Below, one piece after another: positions 22,915 to 36,137 of a stretch of DNA of 64,000 nucleotides. The position numbers and the translations under genes are program-made. The notes under the pieces are model-generated. The model worked only from the letters and a program-made list of their open reading frames with translations, made no database searches and was not told the DNA's origin. The stretch comes from Malacoraja senta (lineage: Eukaryota). The stretch lies in the NCBI GenBank assembly GCA_038087875.1, contig CM075989.1, positions 21,516,001 through 21,580,000 on the forward strand, written 5' to 3'. Numbering within the stretch: position 1 is the stretch's first letter; every line of letters begins with the position of its first letter.

Positions 22915-23545
22915 CAGAAGTTTGGAAGTGCTCCACCAGAATCAGGAACAGCTTCTTCCCCTCTGTTTATACTTTGGACTTTAGAGATACAGCGCGGAAA
23001 CAAGCCCTTCGGCCCACCGAGTCAGCGCAGACCAGCAATCACCCACACACCAGCACCATCCTATACACTAGGGACAATCGGCAATTTTACTGAAGCCAAT
23101 TGACCTACAAACTTTATGTCTTTGGAGAGTAGGAGAAAACCGGAGCATCCAGAGAAAACCCACGCAGGTCACGGGGAGAGCGTACAAACCCTGTACAGAC
23201 AGCACCTGTAGTCAGGATCGAACCAAGGTCTCTAAGGCAGAAACTCTACCGCTGCGCTACCGCGCTGCCCCTGTTATCAGGCTTCTGAACGGTCATTCCA
23301 TAAACGAGGTCCTTCCACCCTAATTGTCCAACACACCTACATTACGGACATTGGACTTTTTCTCTGGAACTGCTACATTACGTTGCTGAACGACAATGTT
23401 CCCCACTCTGTATCGTTCCCTAACATTTGTACTCGTGTTTAGTTTGATTGAATTCATGTACGACATTGATTGTTTAGCACGCAAACAAGAGAGGTGCACT
23501 TGACAATAATAAACACACTTGGCAACAGTAAACCTAAGCCTCAAC
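22915..23545 (+). mobile_element. Rex1/Babar-like 3' end interrupted by a minus-strand V-SINE (22970-23270)
   Basis: accagaatcaggaacagcttcttcccctctgtt [SINE] cctgttatcaggcttctgaac = TRIRNSFFPSVIRLLN. Confidence 0.7.
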
Positions 23546-23609
23546 CTAGACCCATCTTCAACATCTCACAAGCCCTGTCAACCAGTTAGTTGCCACCTGG
23601 TCATTTGTT

Positions 23610-23830
23610 TAGCCGGAGGGTGGTGAATCTGTGGAATTTGTTACCACAGACGGCGGTGGAGGCCAAGTCAATGGCTATTTGTAAAGCGGAGATTGATAGG
23701 TTCTTGATTAGTAAGGAAGTCAAAGGTTACGGGGAGAAGGCAGGGGAATGGGGTTGAGGGGGGAAAATAGATCAGCCTTGATTGACTAACTGGGCAGATG
23801 CGATGGGCTGAATGGCTTACGAATTCTGCC
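23610..23830 (+). mobile_element. CR1-like LINE 3' end
   Basis: agggtggtgaatctgtggaat..ggagattgataggttcttgattagtaag. Confidence 0.85.
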
Positions 23831-24059
23831 TTTGGATTCTGTTTATGCCTTATGAACTTATAATAAACTTATTATTTCCATCACCATGTTCCTCTCCTAA
23901 CCATTATTTCCTAATCATTAACAGCACTGAGGGACACCACACATAACTAGCAGTATTAGAACATGGCTCACCACTAAATTATTAATGATAATTACAAGAG
24001 ACAATTAATAAATTGGAGGAGTTAGAATTGGTTCTCGAATTGCCAGACTAGCTCATACT

Positions 24060-24335
24060 TAGAGTCATAGAGACCCATAGAGTGATACGGTGTGGAAACA
24101 GGCCCTTCGGCCCAACTTGCCCACACCAGCCAACATGTCCCAGCTACACCAATCCAACCTGTCCACCTGTCCTATCCATGTACCTGTCTAATTGTATCTT
24201 AAACATTGCGATAGTCCCTGCCCTCAACTACCTCCTCTGGCACCTCGTTCCATACACCCACCACCCTTTGTGTAAACATGTTATTCCTCAGGTTCCTATT
24301 ATATTCCCCCCCCCCCCCCCCCCACCTTAAACCTA
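24060..24335 (-). mobile_element. CR1/HER1-like LINE 3' end
   Basis: matches 15520-15790. Confidence 0.85.
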
Positions 24336-24779
24336 GCTTCTTCTAGCAAGACCAGAATTGACTACTGACTGAAGATGGTGGTGAGCTGGCCTCTTGCACC
24401 ATGGCATTTCTAATGGTGAAGAGACTCCATAGTGCTAAATTCAGAAAGATAACTTAAAGGTATATTCCACCTTTTTTTCCAATTCTTCCCTGCAGAAGCA
24501 TTAGCTATATTCAACTTACTTTTTCTTCAGAAGTCCGACGAGTCATTTTAGGCAGTATTTAGTCTCGGGAATAATCAACAGAAGAACAGGATGTCACCCA
24601 GTAGCTGAATATTTACTTAGAATAATCTTTAAAAATAATCCATGTCTAAAGGTGCTTTGGGCATTCCCTCCGAACATCCCACTTAGAACCCATGAACATT
24701 TTTAATATTCATTACATTCAGACTTATTTAACAATATGACATTGAGTTATCTAATTTTAGGTAAATAACCTCCAACCTC

Positions 24780-25345
24780 CCCCTTCTCCGCTCCTTAAGC
24801 CCCCTTGTCTTGCCCCCATCTTGATGTGACCCATTTCTCCCCTCCCCCTCCCCCCTCCACCGATATTCCTTCCTCTGGCTTCACAATTCTCACGAATTTT
24901 GTTAAGAATCTCACGCCTTTAGTCTTTTCATCTCTGACCATTGGCCAGCGGTCCACCTACCAGAAGACCTCCCTCACCCGTATCTACCTGTCACTTAAAG
25001 ATAGACACAAAAAGCTGGAGTAACTCAGCAGGACAGGCAGCATCCCTGGAGAGAAGGAATGGGTGCCGTTTCGGGTCGAGATCCTTCTTCAGACCTATCA
25101 CCCGCCAGGCTTTGTCCCAACCCTCCTCTCTTCCAGCTTTCATTCCTTCCCCACCATAATCAGTCTGAAGAAGGGTCGCAACCTGAAACGCCACCTATCC
25201 AGAGATGCTGCATGACCCACTGAGTTACTCCAGCACTTTGTATCCTTTTTTATAAAACTCAAAAAGTTGGAGTAACTCAGCGGGTCAGACAGCATCTCTG
25301 GAGAGAAGGAATGGGTGACGACCCTCATCTGCAGTTCATTGTGTC
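24780..25345. mobile_element. Cluster of nested Penelope-derived ends
   Basis: pyrimidine spacer, hammerhead-like motif at 25165 (+) and 25065-25092 (-), multiple arms. Confidence 0.7.
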
Positions 25346-25729
25346 TCTATATTTAATGCATCAATAGTTTCAACATTTGAAACTGTTTTGGATTTTGTTA
25401 AGAATCTAGAACCAGGTTAAAAAAAATAATTGGCCTTCCACAAGGTTTCTCAATGGTAAGTTCAGAAGGTCAAGGATTTGCAGACGATGATAGCAAAGAA
25501 TTATGCCGCTGTAATAAATCATGACCTCCGCCGTTAACTAGTCCTTTTAACATTCATTAGTGACATTAAAGCTTTGTGCAGGAAACACATTCAAAACAAG
25601 TTTTTGGTTTCTTTGATGTTTAGGCTCGCAATTCGGTTATTTTCCTTCTGGAAAATCTGGAAACAAATACTGACAAATCTCTCTTGGATTCCAGTTTCAG
25701 GGAAAGATATTTATCTGCCAAGTCGAAAG

Positions 25730-26130
25730 TTAGAGAGTCAGAGAGTCATACAGCAGGGAAACAGGCCCTTCGGCCCAACTCGTCCATGCCGACCAAGATG
25801 CCCGTCTAAGCTCGTCCCTTTGCACATACCCCTCTAAACATTTCCTATCCGTATACCAGTCCATGTGTCTTTTAAACCCTGTTTTAAACACTTGCCTCAA
25901 CTACCTCCTCTGGCAGCTTGTTCCCTCTGCCCACCATCCTCCAAGTGGAAAAGTTGCCCCTCACATTCCTATTAAATCTTTCCCCTTTCATCTTCGACCT
26001 GTGTCCTCTGGTTCTTGATTTCCCTTCCCTGGGTACAAGACTGTACATTCACCCCATCGATCCCCATTGTGATTTTATACACCTCTATAAAATCACCCTC
26101 CTGTGCTCCAAGGAAAAATGTTCCAGCCTG
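25730..26130 (-). mobile_element. CR1/HER1-like LINE 3' fragment, diverged
   Basis: ggaaacaggcccttcggcccaact..ttcctattaaatctttcccc. Confidence 0.8.
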
Positions 26131-26155
26131 CTGTTATCTGTACCGAGTGTAATTC

Positions 26156-26285
26156 TGTGTAGGAAGGAACTGCAGATGTTGGTTGAAACCGAAGATAGGC
26201 ACAAAATGCTGGAGTAACTCAACGGGTCAGACAGCATCTCTGGAGAGAAGGAATAGATGACGTATCGGGTCGAGACCCTTCTTCA
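26156..26285 (-). mobile_element. Penelope-derived 3' end
   Basis: tgtgtaggaaggaactgcagatg..gagacccttcttca. Confidence 0.75.
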
Positions 26286-26544
26286 AATTTTGTTGATAAT
26301 AGAATCAAAACTACAAAGTACAGTTTGCATTACTAGGGACTGTGGTGCTAATAATATAAAATGTCCTTATGTTAAATCGACAAGTATCAGATATCAGAGC
26401 TCCTGTCCCCAAGGCTTGCAGTCCTGATTGTGAAGGGATTCTTTAACAGTAAATAGTTGATCTAAGTACAACACCGTCTAAGCTTTCTAATTGTCCTCCA
26501 TCATTATTTGACCCTGCATTTCCTTACTACTTGTTTAACCCTTT

Positions 26545-26856
26545 AGGGCGGCACGATGGCTAATGGTAGAGCTATTGGCTTACAGCGCCAGAGACCCGGG
26601 TTCAATCCTGACTGCGGATGCTGTCTGTACGGAGTTTGGATGTTCACCCCGCCACCTGTGTGGGTTTTCTCCGAGATCTTCGGTTTCCTCCCACACTCCA
26701 AGGACGTCCAGGTTTGTAGGTTAATTAGCTTGGTATAAATGTAAAATTGTCCCTAGTGTGTGTAGGGTAGTGTTAATGTGCTGGGATCGCTGGTCGGTGC
26801 GGACATGGTGGGCCGAAGGGCCCGTTTCCGCGCTGTATCTCTAAACTAAACTAAAC
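26545..26856 (+). mobile_element. V-SINE
   Basis: full SINE with (ctaaa)n tail. Confidence 0.9.
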
Positions 26857-27149
26857 TTTAGTGCCCTTGCACTATTATCTGAACTGAAAAAAAAGTTCTT
26901 CATTAATAATAGTTTTGTTTATATGTTCATATGTTACAGGAGCAGAATTAGGCCATTCGGCCCATCAAGTCTACTCCACCATTCAATCATGGCTGATCTA
27001 TCTTTCCCTCTCAACCCCTTATGAATTTATGAACTTTGAACCTCAAAGTCATAGAGACTTGTTGATGGGTTTAATTGGTGGCTCAACCATTCCATCATAT
27101 CTGGTTTTGTGGTAATGCATCCAGTATTGTACAATGGCTAAACCACCGG

Positions 27150-27476
27150 CTAGTTTAGTTTAGAGCTTCATTCAGTTTAGAGATACAGCGTGGAAACAGG
27201 CCCTTCGGCCCACCAATTCCATGCCGACCAGCGATTCCCGTACAATAACACAATCCTACACATGCTAGGGACCATTTATTTTTTTACCAAAGCCAATTAA
27301 CCTACAAACCTGCACGTTTTTGGAGTGTGGAAGGAAACCGAAGATCTCGGAGCAAACCCACACGGTCACGGGGAGAATGTACAAACTCCATACAGACAGC
27401 ACCCGTAGTCGGGATCGAACCCGGGTCACTGGCGCTGCAGGTGCTGTAAGGAAGCAACACTACCGCTGTGCCACCG
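27150..27476 (-). mobile_element. V-SINE
   Basis: reverse SINE. Confidence 0.88.
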
Positions 27477-27871
27477 AACAGCCTTAGCTATGTGTGAAAT
27501 AACAAAATAAGGAGAAAAAAAAAACCTCTGCCCTAACACAAATCAGCACACTCCGAGCAAATTACAGTTTAGAAAGCCAAACAAAGATTCCTCAACCCTT
27601 TTCCAATAACTTGGACTAAACACAACTTGGCTAGGCTTTATTCCACTGAACACATCAAAATACTTCAACTCAATGGAATTTTTGGAAGCAGCATTTGGCT
27701 TGGTCCCAACAAATGTCAGGTATTTGTGAACATATAGTTCATTCCAGTTTATCTCAGATGAGTTAATGATCCTTGTCAGGAGATATATCAGGGGCTTTTC
27801 TTTACCTTTTTTGGGACATTCCAAAGTCAATCCATTATTTGCCCGTCAGTACATTTAGCCCATTTTATATC

Positions 27872-28460
27872 TTAGTTTAGCTTAGAGATACAACGCGGAA
27901 ACAATCCCCTTTGGCCCACCGAATCCGCGCCGGCCAGCGATTAATATTGCTATCCTACACACACTCGGGACAATTTACAATTATACCAACCTTCAAACCT
28001 GTACGTTTTTGGAGTGAGGGTAGAGACCGGCGATCGTGGGGAAAACCCAGGCAGGACACGGGGAGAACGTACAAACTCCGTACAGACAAGCACCCGGGTT
28101 TCCGTCGCTGTAAGTCACACAAGTCAAGTCACATTTATTTATATAGCACATTTAAAAAACAACTCTCGTTGGCCAAGGTGCTTTACATTTGTTATAAGAA
28201 TAATATAAACAAACAAACTACATACATATAGACATATAGCCCTCGCTCAGAGGATGTCAAGAAAGCCATGGGAGTATAGATAAGTTTTTAGTCTTGACTT
28301 AAAGGAGTCGATGGAGGGGGCAGTTCTGATGGGAAGGGGGATGCTGTTCCACAGTCTAGGAGCTGCAACCGCAAAGGCGCGGTCGCCCCTGAGCTTATGC
28401 CTAGACCGTGGGATATTCAGCAACCCCAAGCAACTCTACCGCTGCGCCACCATGCTGCCC
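27872..28460 (-). mobile_element. V-SINE interrupted by an L2 fragment
   Basis: ..cgctgtaag [L2] caactctaccgctgcgccacc. Confidence 0.8.
28113..28428 (-). mobile_element. L2-clade LINE 3' end
   Basis: ORF 28247-28429 LLNIPRSRHKLRGDRAFAVAAPRLWNSIP..FKSRLKTYLY; L2-type tail gtaaagcac..tgtgctatataaataaa. Confidence 0.88.
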
Positions 28461-29029
28461 TGCCCTATCTTCACTCCCAGTCATATGGCGAGGAAATGGT
28501 GCCCTGATCCATCAGTGGATCCCTCGGAATCCCATTCCAACTCCTTAGAAGAAATACCCGACAAAGACCATTGAAGCATTGAATTGATGAGAATGCTCCT
28601 AGAACATATGAACTTATGAACTCTCCTGGCTGAGAAGGGTCCCTGCCCGAAATGTGGTCTGTCAATTGTTGCAAATGTCACATCTCCATACATGCTGCCT
28701 GACCAGCTTAGATACCCCAACACTTGGTGTTCTACACAAGATTCCAGCATCTGCAGTTTCGTTGTGCCTCTAGACTCGTTCAGCGGTGGGCAGTGAGTTG
28801 TTTGTTTGGTAAGGCACACACAAGAGGGAGCCTTTTCAGCTTACAAATGCCACGACTTAATGAAATCAGAGGAAATGTTTAAAGCTGCATCAATGGTGAA
28901 AATGATCGCAAAGCTAGCTCCCGTTCTGCAACCCGATAACAAAACTAATGTGCTTTTTAATAACTTAGCACTGGTCCTAATGCCGATATATCTCCTGTCA
29001 ATTTTTTAGTTAAATGTTCTCACCAGACA

Positions 29030-29310
29030 GCGGAAGCACGGTTGCTCAGCGGTAGAGTTGCTGCCAGTTACCCAGGTTCGATCCTGACTACGGGTGCTGT
29101 CTGTACGGAGTTTGTACGTTCTCCCTGTGATCGCGTGGGTTTTCTCCAGGTGCTCCGGTTTCCTCCCACACACCAAAGACTTGCAGGTTTGCGGGTTCAT
29201 TAGCTTCAGTAAAATTGTCCCTAGTGTGTAGGACAGTGCTAGTATACGGGGTGATCAGTGGGCCGAAGGGCCTGTTTCATCACTGCACCTCTAAAGTATA
29301 GAGTCTAAAG
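29030..29310 (+). mobile_element. V-SINE
   Basis: B box ggttcgatcc, V-domain. Confidence 0.88.
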
Positions 29311-29816
29311 CCAGGGTCCTTTAATAATTGTGCGTTTTGTTTACTTCCACAACGTCCTGATACCTGTCAGCGATCAAAATGAATTAAACCTTATCGCTAA
29401 GCAAAAGTCCAAAAACAATGTTTAATCTGAGAGCGTGAAAAAGGACTTAATTAGACAATTTGCATTCACAAAGCGAATGTGCCTAGAGACTTGATTTGTT
29501 GAGACCTACAGGTCAAGGCTTTCCCTTGTTACTTGACCCTTGGTCTTTGGCGGGGCTGCCAAATGTCCGCCCTGTGGCAGGAGGCCAGACCAGTTAAGTT
29601 GATGGTCAGCAAACAATACGCAGCTTAGAGAGTGGTCATCTGGGCCGGGACTTGGGGAGTTAACCCATGGTGATTCACGGGCCGGCAACATTTGCAGAGC
29701 AAAGGAGGTTAGAAGCAGCCACTGCCTGACTCAAGCTAAACAAATGTGATTAACAACCCTGCCTGGGACTGATTAGCATTGTATTGGTACTTTGTCTAAA
29801 GAGACATCATTTCCCT

Positions 29817-30330
29817 AGTTAGACACAAAAAGCTGGAGTAGATCAGACAGCATCTCTCGAGACAAGGAATCGGTGAAGTTTCGGGTCGAGACCCTTCTTC
29901 TGACACTTCAGTCTCGACCCGAAACGTCACCTATTCCTTTTCTCCAGAGATGCTGTCTGGCCCGTTGAGTTACTCCAGCTTTTTGTGTCTACCTCTGTGT
30001 TTTATACCAGCAAGGGCCGGCACGGCGGCGCAGCGGTAGAGTTGCTGCCTTACAGCGCCGGAGACCCGGGTTCGATCCTAACTACGGGTGACATCTGTAC
30101 GGAGTTTGTACATTCTCCCAGTGACCTGTGTGGGTTTTCCCCAGGTGCTCCGGTTTCCTCCCACACTCCAAAACATGCAGGTTTGTAAGCTAATTGGCTT
30201 CGGTAAAAATTGCGAAGTGTCACCAGTGTGCAGGATAGTGCCGGTGTGCGGGGATCGCTGGTCGGCGCGGACTCAGTGGGCCACGCTTTATCTCTAAACT
30301 AAACTAAACTAAATCTGCAGTTCCTTCCTA
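29817..30330. mobile_element. Penelope-derived fold-back element (11-bp TSD) with nested V-SINE at 30013-30312 (+)
   Basis: TSD atcatttccct at 29806-29816 and 30331-30341. Confidence 0.8.
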
Positions 30331-30849
30331 ATCATTTCCCTCGTATGCTCTCTTTGTTCCTACCTGTCTCCAGCTTTGGTTTTCATTATTCACTGTGCTA
30401 TGAGTGGTCATTCATGCCTCTGCACTGATTTTTTAAAGTTAAATCATTTTCCACTTTGTCACTGATGGATGAGACCAAGTCTCTTACTCAGTGTATCACA
30501 TATGAATTATTAAGATACACAAGTATCTCTGATATGCCATCTCACTCATTTGCATGACACACTGCTATTATCATAGATCAGAATAGTGTACTCTGTCATT
30601 CTCTCTCCCCCTCCTCTTTGATGGTTGCAATAGCAAAGGTATAAATGATAAATATCACCATAAATGATGCCGTGTCTCCTCTGTATTTTGCATGAAGATT
30701 AAACACCATCCTCTACACAGCATGCCATTTAAACATGTTTAATATAATGTGTGGTAAAATAATATCACTTCAATTTATAAGGTGCGATAAAAGAGGAAAA
30801 TATTGCAACTCCTTTAAAGGCTTTTTATAGGAAGGAGACCCCTAGTGCG

Positions 30850-31430
30850 TGGGATGCTGGTTTACACTGATGATAGACACCAAATGATGGGGTAACTCAG
30901 CGGGTCAGGCAGCATCTCTGCCAATAAGCAAAAGGTGGTGTTTCTGGTCGAGACCCTTCTTCGGACTGAGAGTCGGGTGAAAAGGAAACTAGAGATATAT
31001 AAAGGTACAAAGCACAAATGAGAGAAAGGTGTGAAAAGGACAAATCAAAGCCAGCCAGATGATCAAGGAAGGGTGGAGCCCACAATGTGCAGGAAGGAAC
31101 TGCTGATGCCGGTTTCCACTGGAGGTAAACACAAAATGCTGGAGTAACTCAGCGGGACAGGCGGCATCAATGGAGAGAATCCAGGTATCCTTCCCTCCAG
31201 ATATGCTGCCTGGCCCGCTGAGTTACTCCAGCATTTTGTGTATATATTCATGGAGTCCACAATGGTCCATTGTTGGCTGTGAAGAAGGTGATAACGAGTG
31301 GCTACAAACAGTGAAACTAAGCAGGGTGACAGTGAAACTAGTTTGACGACCAGGGTGGGGGGGGGGGGGGGGGGGGGGGGGTGGGGGGGAGACAGATAGA
31401 TAGGGAATGCAAGGACTGCTTGAATTTAGT
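30850..31430 (-). mobile_element. Penelope-like 3' end with nested second copy (31085-31240) and poly-G run
   Basis: same layout as 5787-6125; ggagcccacaatg/ggagtccacaatg duplicated around the nested copy. Confidence 0.7.
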
Positions 31431-31867
31431 TTCCCATTTGTAAAATGGCAACATCACATGTGCCATTACTTTTTAATAGATGCTAGTAACCATACAAGCC
31501 TGCAAAGCTGTCCCTCCTACAATGTTTAGTTTAGTTTAGTTTAGACATACCAAGGGTATTCGACCACCATTGCTAATGTACATCCCATGCCTGGTTACTT
31601 CACTTTGCATTGGTTAAACTGACAATGAGGTGCAATACATAGAGATGGAGTGGTAGAACAGTACAGCATGGAAACAGGCCCTTCAGCCCACCTTGTCCAT
31701 GAGAACAGTTTAACAATGTACAGCATGGACATTGTGGGCCAAAGGGCCTCTTCTTGTGCTGTACCGTTCTATGTTCTGTTGAATGGCGGAGTAGACTTGA
31801 TGGGCCGAATGGCCTAATTCTGGTCCTGTAACTTATGAATTATAAACTTCTGTGTTTTTAGACCTGC

Positions 31868-32220
31868 TTAGTTTAGTTTAGTTCAGTTTAACCGAGGTAC
31901 AGTGAAAAGCTAGTTGTTACTGTATGTGCTAACCAGTCGGCAGAAAGACTATATATGATTACAATCGAGCTGTCCACAGTGTGCGGATATAGGATAAAGG
32001 GAATAATGTATAGTGCAAGATAAAGCACAATAGAGGAGGTAGTTGAGGCTGGGACTATCCCATCATTTAAGAAACAGTTGGACAGGTACATGGATAGGAC
32101 AGGTTTGGAGAGTTATGGACCAAGTGCAGGCAAGTGGGACTAGGGTAGATGGGACATTGTTGGCCGTTGTGAGCGAGTTGGGCCGAGGGGCCTGTTTCCA
32201 CACTCTATCATTCTCTATTA
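31868..32220. mobile_element. Rex-like 3' UTR (-, 31868-32030) abutting a CR1/HER1 tail (+, 32035-32220)
   Basis: accgaggtacagtgaaaagc..; gaggtagttgaggctgggactatccc.. Confidence 0.7.
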
Positions 32221-32694
32221 CTCTAATAAAGTCCTTTATTAATGCTTGGAGCCACATCAAAATACCATTGTGTTCTGACCTTCCAATATTTATGCTAATC
32301 TGCAGTGGTAGTCATTGGGTTAAATATATGGAGTTGGTATAGTAAGTAAACACATTAGGCGTTACTATCAAACCAAAATCCAACGTGGATTTAGAAAGAA
32401 TAAAACGTTGCCATTCAAAAAAAGTGGTGAGAATGAAGAAGAATGTTTTTGCTTATGTTTAATTTTGACAACAATTGATTCTAGTCACACGTGATGGAAC
32501 GAGGTCTTCAGCTCGCCAGTCTAAATCATTAGTGGTACAGCTTGATATGGGTGAGAGGTTCAATGAGTAATTGATACGTCACAATTAGACCATGGCTGGG
32601 TGTTTTCTTTCATCTTTATTTTGTAGTTAAGTCGCCAAGGTACGGAAGGTTACAGACCGACCGCAGGTAAGTGGACATAGGTAGATAGAACTGG

Positions 32695-32920
32695 TGTGTA
32701 AGAAAGAACTGCAGGCGCTGGTAAAATCGAAGGTGGACACAAAATGCTGGAGTAACTCAGCGGGACTGGCAGCATCTCTGGGGAGAAGGAATGGGCGACG
32801 TTTTGGGTCAAGACCCTTCTTTTCAGACTGAAGAAGAGTCTCGACACGAAACGTCACCCATTGCTTCTCTCCAGAGATGCTGCCGGTCCCGCTGAGTTAC
32901 TCCAGCTTTGTGTCCATCTT
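32695..32920. mobile_element. Penelope-derived fold-back element
   Basis: arms meet at ttcagactgaagaag. Confidence 0.78.
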
Positions 32921-32924
32921 CAAA

Positions 32925-33056
32925 TGACGTCACGCGCTCCAGACGGCTGTGCGTACGAATTAAGTCGCGCTTGACCTTCACGGGACTGTCGCGGCTCAAC
33001 GCGACCACGAGGTCGCGTAATTAGCGTGCCAAGGACACGTAAGTGGGACAGGCCCT
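32925..33056. mobile_element. Harbinger-type MITE, right end only
   Basis: CpG-rich stretch ending AAGTGGGACAGGCCCT + TAA. Confidence 0.7.
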
Positions 33057-33280
33057 TAACTCAGCGGGTGAGGCAGCATCTCTGGAGAGTAGGAATAGGC
33101 GACGTTTTGGGTCGAGACCCTTCCTCAGACTGATGTCAGGGGAGGGGGCGGGACAAAGATAGAATGTAAGCGGAGACAGTAAGACTAGTGGGAGAACTGG
33201 GGAGGGGATGGAGAGAGAATGCAAGAGCTATCTGAAGTTAGAGAAGTCAATGTTCATACCACTGGGGTGTAAACTATCCG
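33057..33280 (-). mobile_element. Penelope-like 3' end retaining the GIY-YIG C-terminus
   Basis: 33228-33278 minus reads DSLHPSGMNIDFSNFR*. Confidence 0.8.
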
Positions 33281-33319
33281 TGAAATAGGAAGCTCTGTTC
33301 CCAGATAGATCTGGCATTG

Positions 33320-33610
33320 GAACAAGGAAATTCTTACTCTCTGCAGCTTTCCAGGCTCAATAATGCAAAAAAAAACACACAAATAAATATACAATGATCA
33401 ATAATACAATAAACAGTGATACTGCGTAATCAGATTATAATGGTTTAAATCCCAAGCATGAAGTACAAGCCAACAAAGTTCACTGTCGACCATAGTTGCA
33501 GAGGTAGGGTTAGGGTCAGTGTAGTGCAGTCTATTGAGAGGATGCTGTTCTTAAACCTGGAGGCCACAAATTTCAGGCTCCTGTACTTTCCTCCCAGAGG
33601 TAGCAGCAAG
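33320..33610 (-). mobile_element. Rex1/Babar-like LINE C-terminus and 3' UTR, degraded
   Basis: LLPLGGKYRSLKFVASRFKNSI resembles the Rex1 LPSGRRYRS..TTRLKNSF motif. Confidence 0.65.
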
Positions 33611-33654
33611 ATAAGTATGGCCAGCATTGCTTTGAGGAACCTCAAGAATAACAA

Positions 33655-34385
33655 TATGCTGAGCCTCTACAAGGTGTTGGTCAGGCCACATTTGGAATAC
33701 TGTGAGCAAATTTGGGCCCCATATCTGAGGAAGGATGTGCTGGCTCCAGAGAGGGTCCAGAGGAGGTTTACAAGAATTATTCCACGAAGGAGTGGGTTAG
33801 CATATGATGAGCACTTGACAGCACTGGGCCTGTACTCGTTGGAGTATAGAAGGTTGAGGGGGACCTCATCGAAATTTACAGAATAATGAAAGGCGTAGGT
33901 AGAGTGGATGTGGAACGGATATTTCCACTGGTGGCAGAGTCTAGGACCAGAGGTCATAGCCTCAGAATTAAAGGGCGCTCTTTTAGAAAGGAGGTTGTGG
34001 AGCAACTTCTTTAGTCAGAGGGTAGTTCATTTGTGGAACATTGCCACAGAGGGCTGTGGAGGCCAAGTCAGTGGATATTTTTAAGGCAGAGATAGACAAG
34101 TTCTTGATTCGAATGGGTGTCAAGGGTTATAGACAATAGACAATGGACAATAGGTGCAGGAGTAGGCCATTCGGTCCCTCGCGCCAGCACCGCCATTCAA
34201 TGTGGTCATGGCTGATCACCCACAATCAGTGCCTTCTCCCCATATCCCCTGACTCCGCTATCTTTAAGAGCTCTATCTAACTTATGAGGAGAAGACAGGA
34301 ATATGTGATTAGGAGGCAGAGATCAGCCATGATTGAATGGGGGCAGTACACTTGATGGGCTGAATGGCCTAATTCTACTAACTTG
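33655..34385 (+). mobile_element. CR1-like LINE 3' fragment with an inverted CR1 tail nested at 34131-34281
   Basis: LYKVLVRPHLEYCEQIWAPYLRKD..VQRRFTRIIP..LGLYSLEYRRLRG. Confidence 0.9.
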
Positions 34386-34681
34386 TGAACATGTGAAATG
34401 GTTGACTATGGAGGAATCAAGTGGCCTCTTGTATACACAATGAATGATCAGTCGCTGTTGGTTGGCATTAAGCAGAGAAATCTTGTGAATCCTTGCTTCA
34501 TTTCTCTCCATTCTGGATGGCTTCCAATAATTCTTATCCATTCAGCTTTTCCTTTGAGATTGAGCTGCACAGGTGTTGATGAGAGAAGAACTGAAATGGC
34601 TCAGCCAAACGCAAATAATAACAAGTATGATAACTATAGAGACTCAGTGACATCAAACAGGTAACTGCCTGACTGGATCAC

Positions 34682-35025
34682 AAGGAACTGCAGATGCTGT
34701 GATCTTGAGTAAAACACATGGTGCTGGAGGAAGTCAAAGGGTCAGGCAGCATCTGTGGAGGGAAGGTGTCGGGCGACGTTTCGGGTCTGGATTGTTCTTC
34801 CGAGATTCAAAGTGATTGGGAGAAGCCAATCTTCAATCCAAGTTCCCTTCTCAGGGGACTACATTGGGACTAGAGATTAAGAAACAAACTTCAACAAAGG
34901 AACTACAGATGCTGATTTACACCGAAGATAGACACAAAATGCTGGAGTAACTCAGCTGGACAGGCAGCATCTCTGGAGAGAAGGAATGGGTGATGTTTCC
35001 AGTCAAGACCCTTCTTCAGACTGAA
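34682..35025 (-). mobile_element. Two Penelope-derived 3' ends (34682-34800 diverged; 34897-35025)
   Basis: aaggaactgcagatgctg..gacgtttcgggtc. Confidence 0.7.
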
Positions 35026-35676
35026 GTGGGCATTGACAATGCAGAAAGACTGTGTGTAACCTCACAAGCTCACAAGTCATAGGAGCAGAATTAGGCCATT
35101 TGGCCCATTGAATCCACTCCACCATTCAATCATGGCTGATCTATCTTTCCCTCTCAGCCCCATTCTATTACCTTCTCCAATGGCCGTCCAGTCAAGTCAG
35201 GCACGAAGTGCTCCTCATTCTCCCCCCCAGTCCCACCTTGCAGGTGAGCTGCAGCAGGAGTGAAGTCACCCTCTAGACCCCACCCTCTCCGCACCTTCCA
35301 TAGTTGTCCTTGCCTCGCCTCAGAAAATGCCCCCCGCCCCCTCCTTCCTGAGTCCGCTGCCGCCGCCCAACCAGGAGAAGATGAAGGGAAACTGAGTTAA
35401 GGCGGTAGAGACAAGGGCACGGAGCCTCAGTCTCTAATGACAAACCTGGAAATGAAATTTGTGACCCATACAACCAGCGCCTCATATTGCTTGTGCGTGG
35501 AAGGGTAATATATAAGCCAAGATTTGTTTTCACTTTTAACACACGAGCATCTTTAATATGTGTTGTAGCATTGCATCAACAGCTGGGAAAACTGAACGTG
35601 TAAACCCAACATCCTGAAGAGCCTTCAATGACTCTGTGCTCCCTCTGTCTTTTATACCTTCAAGACTGCTGTCTTT

Positions 35677-36137
35677 ATCTAAAGGGGGTGGTCCTTGCCT
35701 TCTGGCTGCACTTCACACTCACCATCCTCATCGTTGGACACCCTGTGCGTACAGGAGAGGGTAGGGGCTGAGGATGTTCTGGTTGGGTTCGCTCCTGAGC
35801 CATCCGCGAGTCACGGCGCCAGGCGGAAGAGGGCTCTGCCCGAGCCGGCTGCCAGCCCCTACTCCGGGGTTACGTCCGCGCCCGGAGGCACTAGAGAGGG
35901 ACTACGTGCTGTCCACAGGCACCCTGGGGAATTCCGGGACCGCTGGGCGTGGAGGGGGGGGGGGGGGGGGGGTAGAATGCATCCTTAATAAGGCTGGTGA
36001 TAAAATTGGATAATATTATATTTGGTATTGATGAATATTTGTTTGTATTATGGTGGTGGATTTTGTTTTGAATTATTTTCTACTGTACATATGATTGTAA
36101 ATAACCAAATAAATTATTTTTGGTGATATAAAAAAAA
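35677..36137 (+). mobile_element. Tx1-clade LINE 3' fragment with poly(A)
   Basis: frameshifted peptide FWLHFTLTILIVGHPV..LRGYVRAR..LERDYVLSTGTL..FRDRW; aataaa then A-run; flanked by a direct repeat. Confidence 0.78.
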
